From assembly GCA_001938485.1 (NCBI GenBank), contig MQRK01250761.1, positions 1 through 51,367 of the forward strand: a stretch of 51,367 nt of DNA, in the 5' to 3' direction. Shown here in pieces: positions 42,901-50,922 of this stretch. Source of the DNA: Girardia tigrina. Its lineage: Eukaryota. A model generated the notes under the pieces. The model had not been told where the DNA came from and searched no databases. It worked only from the letters and a program-made list of their open reading frames with translations. The translations under genes were made by a program, and so were the position numbers. The first letter of the stretch is position 1, and every line of letters begins with the position of its first letter.

Positions 42901-45900
42901 GGTTCGTTATTGCCGGCATTAACATTTGTTAACTGTTGCTCACATTGATCTATTTCACTCGTCCTAAAGTAACATTATTAGTTATATATCATCCTTTTTA
43001 TAACAATTGCAAATTTTCTCGTTACTAATTGCTTGTAATCGATAATTGTTTAGATTAAATTTTTGTGTTACTAATCTCTTCATACTAATAGATTATTTAA
43101 ATCTGTTAAGTCATCCTTAACTAGGCTCACCAAATTAAACGAGTGGATGAAAAATCCGTTATTTTTACTTTTCTGAAAGAAACTAGGTTAACCAAAACGT
43201 TTAATTTCAATTCAATGAAATTATTATATATTGTATTTGGGAAAGGAGGGAATATAACCCGCTCTATTTCTTTCATTTTCTTATTCGTCTTGACTAAATC
43301 TTCTTTTTTATTCTTGACATCTTTATTATTTTCTTTTGTTAAACAAAATTATTTCTTTTCTTTGTCGTTCTATCATTCCTTTGATTTGTATAACAAAAAA
43401 TATAAAGGGTAAAAAATAAATAAATACACACAAACATACTCAATGATAAAAACACAAAATAAAAATACAATAAAAATCGACAAATCATAAATAAAATAAA
43501 TATAAAAAAATATCACCATCTACTGCATTACAAGATTATCTAATAATGTCCAAATAAAACAGTAAAAGTAAAAATAATGTCAGATGGAACATTACAGGTT
43601 TATTCAAGTCGTTTCTGTTTTATTTCGTATGTGCGTATGCTATAAAAGCGCTGTTTTGGTTGAATGAATATGGAAAACGGAAAGTAATTACTGTCGAATG
43701 AGTTTTCTTTTAGTTAAAATGTTTATTAAAATTATTCTTTCATATTTATCAGAAGAATAACTGAAATAATTTCCAGGTTGCGCAATCAGTTAAGCTCATT
43801 TGAAATCATCACTGAAGATGAGACAGACACAGTTATCAAATCCCCGAGCACGCCAGTTACGTATATCACCCCTTGGCATAATCAGATGAAATGGCTTTGT
43901 TGGAGGACAGCCTTGAACATATTACGAAATCCTCAGACCTCTTCAATACAATTGGGTGTCTACTTGTTTTTCGCTGTCTCTATGGGAGTAGTTTACTTCG
44001 GTTTGGAATTAAAACAAAACATCGGCGATCAAAATCGCTATGGTCTGTTCTTCTTTTCTGCACTTCAAGTCATATTCGTCAATCTCGGGGCTATTGAGAT
44101 ATTCATCAAGGAAAGACCAATATTTATGTAAGATTATTTGTCGTTTTTATAATTCCTGTGAATCAACATATATTTTGTTTAAGTCAACCTTTTATTTGTA
44201 TAAACAATCCTTAAATAAATCAAAGATAGCACTGCAAATATATAAATACATTTCTTCCAATCTATAAATCTGCACCTATTTCAAGCATCTACTACTCTTT
44301 AATTAAGGCTCGCCACTTGATTCCGACTTAGTTTCTACCCAACAGTTTCTTACACTGATAACAAAAAATAACGAAAATTATTTTGACTGATAATATATAA
44401 ATAAAACAATTTTGAAGCAAATTCGCAATGCAAATATTACGGCAATGATTGGAAGTAAAGATTCGAGACATTTGTTTATTACTCCTCAAAGTTTTTTTCT
44501 GTGAGAATGATTCACAAACTTCTTTCTAATTTCTTCAGCTGAGAATTGTTTGAGGCATGTATATATTTCCAAATACCAAATTAAAAAAAAATTGCTATCG
44601 TTAAGTCATTTCATAATCTCCCAACATTCTTGAGGAGGTCCTACCACCAAAAATACAATTTAATGTTGCGTAATTGTATTTATATATACAAGCAATAATA
44701 ATTATGGAAAGTTAGTTTAAATTTTCAATTTGCAAAATAATTTATATATTTTATTTAATTTAAAATTTTAACAAAAATTACATAAATACTTAAAACATAA
44801 AAAGTACATAAAGTTTATAAAACTTAAGAAAGGATAAAAATGTTTTTTATTAATAGCCATCAAGAATTAAATAACTATATAAAACCAAAAAAGTTAAAAT
44901 TAATTAAAATCGTTAAATTTTCTCAGGAAAATTATTAATAAAAGTTTTTAAATAAAAAATTTGAAATATATAATAAACGGGATAAAATTGATAATATTTT
45001 TACGAGATAATTTTGAAAGAAATTAAAGTTTAGTTAAATATTTTTTACGAAATGATTTTGAAAATAAAAGTGCATCATAGATTAAATTTAATAATTTTAT
45101 TTTATAAATAAAATTTACTATTTAAAAATTATAATTTAAATGATTTAATTAAATTTAATGAAAATTTAATAAATGGATTTTGGCGAAATAATTAACGAGA
45201 AATTTGTTTGAATATCTTTATTGTTAGGAGCGCAATTGGTGGCGTTTATATTTTTCTCTTCATCCAACATAATTAATTTCTTAAAAAAAGAATGTGTTTA
45301 TCATTTGTGATCGTTTAAGTTAACCGTAATTGTTGATTTATTAGAAACATATTATTTCCAAATGGCTTTGGCTCATGATTTCGTCTCATTACATATAGTT
45401 TTTATACAATAGCAATCTATTATTGAAATGTGAAGTTCATGTTATTAAATATGCTTTTATCTTATCCTTTTTGTTGTAGGGAAGACTCCAAGTAATGCAG
45501 CGGTAATATCAATATATTTTATGACAACACTTAAACGCCAATTTAGCTTTATCATTTATTTATTTATTAGCCGTATTCCTTCATTTCAGCCATGAGAATT
45601 CCAGTGGGTACTACCGAGTCTCGAGCTACTTCTTCGCAAAGCTCCTGTGCGATATGATACCTATCAAGGTATTTCCAGCAGTTGTCTTTCTGCCGATAAC
45701 ATATTTCATGGCGAAATTACAATACAATGTGGGAAAGTTTTTCTTTTTCGAATTGATCCTACTACTCACAACAGCTGCGGGATGCAGCATTGCATTTTTT
45801 GTCAGTGCAACATTCAGTGTCTTTGGGCTGGCCAATGTAGTCTGTCCAATGATTTATGTCTTTATGATGGTACGATTGTTAGCCTCGGAAATATAATATT

Positions 45901-47707
45901 ACTTTGTGTTCATAGGTTTTTAGTGGTTATTTCATTAACATTCAGTCGGTCTTTTCCTGGCTCAATTGGTGTAGATACATATCAGCTTTCAGATTCGCCC
46001 TGGCGGGACTCAGTATCAATGAGATGAAGGGCCAACCCTATACTGTTGATAATTCAACCTTAATGTGAGTGTTTCTTTCACACTAATTCGTTAAAAACTG
46101 AAGAACTATATAAAATAATACTTCGACGCCCCAGTTATTCAGCCTCTACCTTTTCATTTTTCATTAACGAACCGTCAGTAGTTGTTTAGGTCGAGGTTTT
46201 ACATGAACATCGCTTGGCTTCATTTAACCTTGTCTAAGTTCTCCTTTTCTTAAAACACATTCATTAAAAGCCTAAAGCAAGCAAATCATCCACGAGTACG
46301 AAGAAAGGATACATAGACGAATGCGCTGCAACTAGTGGTTAAGTGTCCGTTTATGGATCTGTTGCAGGAGAATCACGGGTTCCAGTGTGGCAAAGACGAC
46401 TCTGTTCCAAGAGTAATCAATCCAATGAGTATATCGTGAATTTAAGATCAAATTTAGAAAATGCGGTAATGAAAAGCACCAAGAATAAACAAGAATCAAA
46501 TAATGGGATCATGTATCTAATTAAAGGCAGTGACTGGCAGAGCGACCGATCTTCACAAACATTCGCCTCGCATTAGGAGACCAGGAATATTATCTGAACA
46601 ATAGGAATATTGGCCGACGTCCCTGGTAGTTTCCCTTGGAGTTTGGTTCATCCCACATCGCCAGTTCTGCTTACCAAAAATGGCCCACTAGGCATTTTTA
46701 TTCGATGTACACCTCCAACAAAAATATTAAAGAGAGGCGCACTTCGAACCCATTTAAAGTTTGAGAATAAGTTGAGAGCATTTCACCCCCAGTACTTCTA
46801 ATCATTCGCTTTACCAGGTTCAACTACGGAATCATAAACGCCAGCTATCCTGAGGGAAACTTCGGAAGGAACCAGCTACTATACTCATGTCCGACGATCG
46901 ATTTGCACGTCAGAACCGCGGTGGTCCTCCATCAGAGTTTCCTCTGACTTCAATCTGCACAAGCATAGTTCACCATCTTTCGGGTCTTTACACGATCGCT
47001 CAAACTCCGCCCAGATGCGAACACCTTCAGACGGGTTGATGTTGCACTCGTCCGGGAAAACCGGACAAGGTCACATCACAGCTCACCGAAATGAACCTTT
47101 ACATTAATTTCGCCGTGGGGTTTCGTAAAGCCCTTTGACTCGCGATCATATAAAACTTTATTCCCTGATTATATTAGGGAATTTTATTAATTAAATCAAG
47201 GCAATAAAAGGCGGTTGTGCTGCGCATTATTTGCTGCGACGTGAACTTCCATGCACACGTAGTGTAAGACAAGACATGTGATTCATTACACGTTATTTCA
47301 GTTTGAAGGTTCGTCGAATCAAACATCAATGATAGCCTTTGTGGACCGCAGAGACATGCATAAACACAGCGCCATCCGAACAGGGGAGGTCTACCAATAA
47401 AGACATACCATTGCCAACTGCCATATCTGTGGCCATTGTAGATTCATTGTTGCCAGCGACTGCCGTGCACTCATTGTTAATACATCTTAGAGTTATTTAT
47501 ATTAATTTTGCCTCAAATTGCATAAACAATGTTATCGTTTTGTTTAATTTCAGAGTTTATGGAGATGCGTTTCTCATTCGGAATGAGTTCTACCTGAATG
47601 ACTCGGGTTGGGATCTGTGGCAAAATCCGTTAGGTCTCACTATAATCACTCTGTTTTTCCTGGTCCTTTGTTACGTACAACTCCGACGGATCAACAAGTA
47701 CAAATAA
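7668..47707 (+). CDS. ABCG2: ABCG2/BCRP-like half ABC transporter, whole spliced gene. Exons: 7668-8041, 8100-8159, 16998-17112, 17917-18069, 18111-18268, 27043-27197, 27241-27336, [candidate microexons 30.1-30.7 kb], 43753(or 43777)-44127, 45590-45869, 45916-46064, 47554-47707
   Basis: The spliced translation shows Walker [11 protein letters not shown]-loop GYVVQDD, signature VSGGERKR, Walker [14 protein letters not shown]-loop SIHQP, the NPADF motif, then a C-terminal TMD ([29 protein letters not shown]). This NBD-then-TMD order is ABCG topology. All placed introns are GT-AG and phase-compatible except across 27337-43752. Confidence 0.93.
8100..8159 (+). CDS. ABCG2: ABCG2-like exon 2 (Walker A)
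   Basis: ttccattcag|C GGT ATC ATG..., encodes [20 protein letters not shown], donor GTAAGT; 60 nt. Confidence 0.95.
9254..10107 (-). mobile_element. Highly decayed mariner (Hsmar1/SETMAR-like) transposase
   Basis: Minus frames give [30 protein letters not shown]...[26 protein letters not shown] and [19 protein letters not shown]. Confidence 0.8.
10108..10609 (-). mobile_element. Solo-LTR-like element, family A (~500 bp)
   Basis: Termini TATTAAGAAC...AATATTCATCACA and internal CCATCTGGGTGGAGA and TTATTCGAACA are shared with 21498-21969, 41524-42287 and 49936-50922. No TSD match in this copy. Confidence 0.6.
10735..10990. repeat. GC-rich ~15-bp tandem repeat (ACAAAAACGCCGCG[A/G]), probably a MULE terminal repeat array
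   Basis: About 17 adjacent units with no unique spacers; a MULE transposase 3' end points toward it. Confidence 0.85.
10990..11269. repeat. AT-rich ~39-40 bp minisatellite running into an assembly gap
   Basis: TAGGAATTTTAG(G/T)AATAAA(A)TGAAATAATTTGTTATTAAT repeated about 7 times. Confidence 0.9.
11939..12246 (-). mobile_element. Mutator-like (MULE) transposase C-terminus
   Basis: [36 protein letters not shown]...VDYLRGITH fits the animal MULE TNNxxExWH / HPxxWxFI motif. Confidence 0.85.
14035..14250 (+). mobile_element. Mariner transposase catalytic-domain fragment
   Basis: [10 protein letters not shown]...[25 protein letters not shown]. Confidence 0.9.
14511..14647. repeat. Local ~43-bp direct duplication
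   Basis: TTCCGTTGACAATTAAATTCAATAAACATTATGATTTTTTATTT at 14511 and 14604. Confidence 0.85.
16998..17112 (+). CDS. ABCG2: ABCG2-like exon 3
   Basis: attacag|A ATA CTG GAC..., encodes [38 protein letters not shown], donor GTAATA; 115 nt. Confidence 0.95.
17917..18069 (+). CDS. ABCG2: ABCG2-like exon 4
   Basis: atatag|, encodes [23 protein letters not shown]...[11 protein letters not shown], |gtttgc; 153 nt. Absent from the ORF track. Confidence 0.95.
18111..18268 (+). CDS. ABCG2: ABCG2-like exon 5 (signature motif, Walker B)
   Basis: Encodes [52 protein letters not shown]; follows a 41-nt intron; 158 nt. Confidence 0.95.
19970..24030 (+). mobile_element. Decayed Ty3/Gypsy LTR retrotransposon (gag, protease, RT, RNase H; integrase missing)
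   Basis: Three CCHC knuckles ([42 protein letters not shown]); protease [11 protein letters not shown]; [32 protein letters not shown]; RNase H IGAVLSQ, RKELLAI, TDHKAI. Many stops and frameshifts. Confidence 0.93.
21498..21969 (-). mobile_element. Family A solo-LTR-like element nested in the Gypsy protease region
   Basis: TGTTAAG...TTCCTCACA flanked by a perfect 5-bp TSD AATGT (21493-21497 and 21970-21974); spans a gap. Confidence 0.75.
24869..26281 (+). mobile_element. Tc1/IS630-type transposon with long TIRs (>110 bp); transposase mostly hidden in a gap
   Basis: TA|CAGTCCTATGCATCAAT...ATTGATGCATAGGACTG|TA with near-identical arms; after the gap the frame reads [20 protein letters not shown]. 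Confidence 0.9.
27043..27197 (+). CDS. ABCG2: ABCG2-like exon 6 (H-loop)
   Basis: Encodes [38 protein letters not shown]...YFQNL, |gtaagc. Confidence 0.93.
27241..27336 (+). CDS. ABCG2: ABCG2-like exon 7 (NPADF)
   Basis: Encodes [32 protein letters not shown] then G|gtaaga; ends in phase 1. Confidence 0.93.
27609..28223. mobile_element. hAT (Charlie-like) MITE
   Basis: CAAGGGTGGGCAAA...TTTGCCCATCCCTG with an 8-bp TSD GTGTATAT/ATGTATAT. Confidence 0.8.
27889..28072. mobile_element. pogo-like MITE nested in the hAT MITE
   Basis: CCCTAATTTTCTG...CAGTAAATTAGGG|TA; same terminus as the pogo element at 50923. Confidence 0.65.
28960..29920 (-). mobile_element. Degenerate MULE transposase
   Basis: [47 protein letters not shown]...TWKFI and LDFLCGVAH. 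Confidence 0.88.
30091..30681 (+). CDS. ABCG2: Candidate ABCG2 linker microexons: 30091-30130, 30452-30483, 30535-30542, 30588-30607, 30655-30681
   Basis: AG/GT-bounded pieces; the last four are separated by 51, 45 and 47 nt introns. The chain is stop-free and converts phase 1 to phase 2, as required between exon 27241-27336 and exon 43753-44127. Confidence 0.45.
33030..33550 (-). mobile_element. Family B LTR/PBS/gag-start copy
   Basis: Inverted homology to 2895-3625 and 44698-45245; approximate ends. Confidence 0.45.
33952..33987. repeat. (TA)n microsatellite (others at ~14297-14325, 19251-19288, 30978-30999)
   Basis: Directly visible. Confidence 0.95.
33986..35182 (+). mobile_element. Degenerate Tc1/mariner-superfamily element, DDxD (maT/DD37D-like), inserted at a (TA)n run
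   Basis: TIRs AGGGTGCCCCAAAAATGT / ACATTTTTGGGACAATCTCTG|TA; motifs QRKFILK...[20 protein letters not shown] and [12 protein letters not shown]. Confidence 0.85.
37010..38410 (+). mobile_element. Penelope GIY-YIG 3' fragment split by a LINE insertion
   Basis: [14 protein letters not shown]|[20 protein letters not shown]...RQFCESLFI; homologous to the reverse complement of 1595-1810 and 2050-2125. Confidence 0.75.
37064..38146 (+). mobile_element. 5'-truncated RTE-like LINE fragment with C-terminal zinc-finger remnants
   Basis: [33 protein letters not shown] (RT thumb, YGxExW); LNRHIKRHH and FRCP...NHGYTTH; flanked by ACATTG on both sides. Confidence 0.65.
41524..42287 (-). mobile_element. 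Family A solo-LTR-like element containing a piggyBac MITE
   Basis: TATTAA[insert]GAACA...AATATTCCTCACA; TSD GTGAG/GTGGG (one mismatch). Confidence 0.7.
41530..41771. mobile_element. piggyBac-type MITE
   Basis: TTAA|CCCTACAATGC...GCATTGTAGGG|TTAA; 242 bp. Confidence 0.85.
42296..43596. mobile_element. Non-coding foldback element with ~370-bp inverted arms, TGT..ACA ends and a 5-bp TSD (Ginger-like or LTR-derived)
   Basis: GGTTT|TGTCATGTTCCATCTGAC...GTCAGATGGAACATTACA|GGTTT; arms at ~42296-42665 and ~43200-43596. Confidence 0.85.
43753..44127 (+). CDS. ABCG2: ABCG2-like exon (linker end, TM1-TM2); alternative in-phase acceptors give starts at 43756 or 43777
   Basis: Encodes [46 protein letters not shown]...QNRYGLFFF...IKERPIF, donor AT|GTAAGA. 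Confidence 0.9.
44698..45245 (+). mobile_element. Family B LTR-like copy ending in a TGGTGGCG PBS-like motif
   Basis: Homology to 2895-3530 and to the reverse complement of 33088-33550; approximate ends. Confidence 0.45.
45590..45869 (+). CDS. ABCG2: ABCG2-like exon (TM3-TM5)
   Basis: catttcag|C, encodes [29 protein letters not shown]...MIYVFMM, |gtacga; 280 nt. Confidence 0.95.
45916..46064 (+). CDS. ABCG2: ABCG2-like exon (TM5 and ECL3)
   Basis: catag|, encodes [49 protein letters not shown], |gtgagt. Confidence 0.93.
46641..47157 (-). rRNA. 28S (LSU) rRNA fragment, pseudogene, in the last ABCG2 intron
   Basis: The reverse complement has universal eukaryotic LSU motifs: GACCCGAAAGATGGTGAACTATGC, CTGACGTGCAAATCG, TTCCGAAGTTTCCCTCAGGATAGC, GGTAAAGCGAATGATTAG, TTCTCAAACTTTAAATGGG and GTGGGCCATTTTTGGTAAGCAGAACTGGCG. 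About 520 nt only, with an internal deletion. Confidence 0.93.
47554..47707 (+). CDS. ABCG2: ABCG2-like last coding exon (TM6)
   Basis: aatttcag|A, encodes [50 protein letters not shown], stop TAA. Confidence 0.93.
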
Positions 47708-48762
47708 CAACGGAATCTGCGACGTCACATCCTAATCTTGCCTCATTCCCCGAGCATAATCGTGCATGTCAGAAACTTGTGTCATTTGTACAATTTATGC
47801 ATGTTGGGAACTGAACTAGTGAGTGTCGCTGGTTGAGTTCCTGATCTCACAGAATTGCCTTATTCTTATGACTATCAGTACTACACTACTGATGCTCTGT
47901 GACTGCTCTCCAGCTTCTATCTCTAACAGCTCGTGACTGTGATGCTGCAATGGCAACACTACATATCCGATCATAAACCTGTGATATTGTTACTGTTGTG
48001 ATATATATTTGAATGGAGCATGAGTTTTCTACGTCCGTTTATGCGACCATATTCTCCGAGAATGAATCTGCAGTGGAATATTTTCTTGTACTTTATTTGG
48101 GATCAATTTAGAATACACATTTTTATTTTTAACAGGTTTATGAATGATATTTTCATGGGAAACACGGCCGCCACTGGTACCGGAATGGCCCCAGAGAACC
48201 ACGGAGACATGTGGTCCTAATTCTTTGTCCCTGACGGCTGAACAAATGGGATAGCAATTATATAAGTAAAGAACCATTACTAACACATGTCAGACATTGT
48301 TTGGTGGTGTTTAGTATGATCGCCTGGGATCAGTTGAAGCCTCAGTTCGAATAATGGCGCTTGGGGTACGCCAGCATATCTAACTGATACTGTCGATGGC
48401 GCCCACACAAATCAGACGGAAATTAAAAAAATAGATTGAAATGTTTCTAATTTTAAATGGCGAGGACATTTCATCCTCATCCTCTAGACTTTCTAAAATT
48501 AACTGAGCGGTAGAGTAATTATTAAAATTAAAATTTAGAAATATGATTTTCTGGATAAAAATTTGACTCGATTACGTTGATGCTTCTCTTCCGCGTCGAT
48601 AGTTTATGTATTCGTTACGTCAATATGCGAATACTTAAAAAATGTTAACTACATGACACGCAATAAAAGAGTTTCCAGAAGAAACAAAATTCGAGAAAAT
48701 TTTGATGATCATAATCATATTCTAAGTAACTCAACTCAAGATGAGTTGTCAACCATGCGGCA

Positions 48763-49535
48763 TGTTGGGAGCGTTCATAAAATAAATATTTTTGAATCTT
48801 ATCAAATTATTAAATAAATAATTACATTCCGTAAAATATTGTTATATGTTAAAATAAGATTTTCAGAAATTTAATGTAAAAAATTAATTTAAGTAAGAAA
48901 TAAAATAAATTTTACGGTAGGGTTATTAAAAGATTTATTATAAAGTAAAAAAAGTTAATTTCAAATTTGATGAAAATATTTATTTGAAATAAAATAAAAA
49001 GTAATTTAAGTTTGATATTTTTTGGCGAAATAAAAGTAAACTAAACCATTTTGGTAACTTTTAAATCAAAGTAAATTAAAAATGTGGTTATAATTTTTTA
49101 CGGAAATTAAAATGGGAATTAAAAAATTATTGTAAAACCATTAACTCGACTTAAATTAAAAATCCGATTTTAATTTTTTTAGGAAAATTTAATTGAGAAA
49201 CAGGTAAATTTAAATATACTATAAAGTTGAAAAATTAATAAAAGACGCAACAAAATCTTTGTGACAAAATTTTAATTCACTATAATTTTTTATTAAAGAA
49301 AATATAGAATTTTAATTTGTAAAAAAATATACTAACCATATTTATATCTATTTTTATTTATATCTATTTTTATTTATATTGGTTGTGTAAAAAAGAAAGT
49401 ACAAAAGTTCCTCAAAAATATTTGTTTGAAAAATTCAAATTGTTATAGAAATAAATTTTTGTGTTCATGATAATGTATTTTGATCAAGAACCCAATAATG
49501 TTCGAATAGTCAATCAATTTAATTTTAAGGTAAAA
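48763..49535 (+). repeat. Inverted duplicate of the 50070-50830 solo LTR plus ~35-40 bp of its flank (left arm of a palindrome)
   Basis: TGTTGGGAGCGTTC...GAACCCAATA followed by ATGTTCGAATAGTCAATCAATTT, which is the reverse complement of ~50030-50830. Confidence 0.9.
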
Positions 49536-49587
49536 AGATTAAAAATATTTTTCATATGTAATATTCAAATTTTCGAATGTAATATTA

Positions 49588-49664
49588 CCTCTGTCCGAAA
49601 ATAAAAGTCACATTGCTATTGAATTTTTTGAATGAAATGGAACTCTTATTTTCGGACAGAGGAG
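49588..49664. mobile_element. Stowaway-like mini MITE
   Basis: TA|CCTCTGTCCGAAAATAA...TTATTTTCGGACAGAGGAG|TA hairpin; 77 bp. Confidence 0.7.
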
Positions 49665-49935
49665 TATTAATTTTTAATGCAACCTAGAATTTTAATAAAA
49701 TAAATTAATTATTACTTTTTTTTAAAAATGTTTAGATTTAATTTTAACCAATTAAAATCTTGATAATTAATTAATAGTAATAAATATTTTTCATTTATTT
49801 TAAAAATTAAGATGAGACTCAGAAATATATTAATCTTGACAAATATCGAATAGCGAAAGTTGTTCGAATAATTGATGTTATGACAATTATGATAACAAAT
49901 CATATTGATGTTGTTAATAAACATGATAATAACTT

Positions 49936-50922
49936 GTGAGGAATATTTTAAATTGTTTGAATGAGTAAATGTATTAATGCTGTATGTTGAATTTAGAATG
50001 GTGATTCTCCACCCAGATGGAAATTGGTATTTTTTTATTTAAATTTAAATTGATTGACTATTCGAACATTATTGGGTTCTTGATCAAAAGACATTATCAT
50101 GAACACAAAAATTTATTTCTATAACAATTTGAATTTTTCAAACAAATATTTTTGAGGAACTTTTGTACTTTCTTTTTTACACAACCAATATAAATAAAAA
50201 TAGATATAAATAAAAATAGATATAAATATGGTTAGTATATTTTTTTACAAATTAAAATTCTATATTTTCTTTAATAAAAAATTATAGTGAATTAAAATTT
50301 TGTCACAAAGATTTTGTTGCGTCTTTTATTAATTTTTCAATTTTATGGTACATTTAAATTTACCTGTTTCTCAATTACATTTTCTAAAAAAAATTAAAAT
50401 CGCATTTTTTATTTAAGTCGAGTTAATGGTTTTACAATTATTTTTTAATTCCCATTTTAATTTTCCGAAAAAATTATAATTACTTTTTCCAAAAAAAATT
50501 ATAACCACATTTTTAATTTACTTTGATTTAAAAGTTACCAAAATGGTTTAGTTTACTTTTATTTTGCAAATAAATTTCAAACTTAAATTACTTTTTATTT
50601 TATTTCAAATAAATATTTTCATCAAATTTGAAAATAACTTTTTTTACTTTATAATAAATCTTTTAATAACCCTAACGTAAAATTTATTTTATTTCTTACT
50701 TAAATTAATTTTTAATATTAAATTTCTGAAAATCTTATTTTAACATATAACAATATTTTACGGAATGTTATTGTTTATTTAATAATTTGATAAGATTCAA
50801 AAATTTTATATTTTATGAACGCTCCCAACAAACATAATTAAAATAATCATTCTCTAAAGTTCATATTTTTTTAATTTAACAATTAAAATTAAGTTCGATA
50901 TTTTTTAGTAAAATTTAAATTA
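49936..50922 (+). mobile_element. Family A solo-LTR-like element, interrupted by a second LTR and then by pogo
   Basis: Starts TGTGAGGAATAT; 49936-50069 and 50831-50922 are collinear with the reverse complement of 10380-10609. Confidence 0.8.
50070..50830 (-). mobile_element. Solo LTR, family C (~760 bp)
   Basis: TATTGGG...CCCAACA short terminal inverted ends, with a perfect 5-bp TSD AACAT (50065-50069 and 50831-50835). Confidence 0.8.

Noticed and set aside
48020-48270. Short ORF with a 48-nt GT-AG intron-like segment downstream of ABCG2
   Set aside because: No recognisable homology, and stops in the more protein-like frame.
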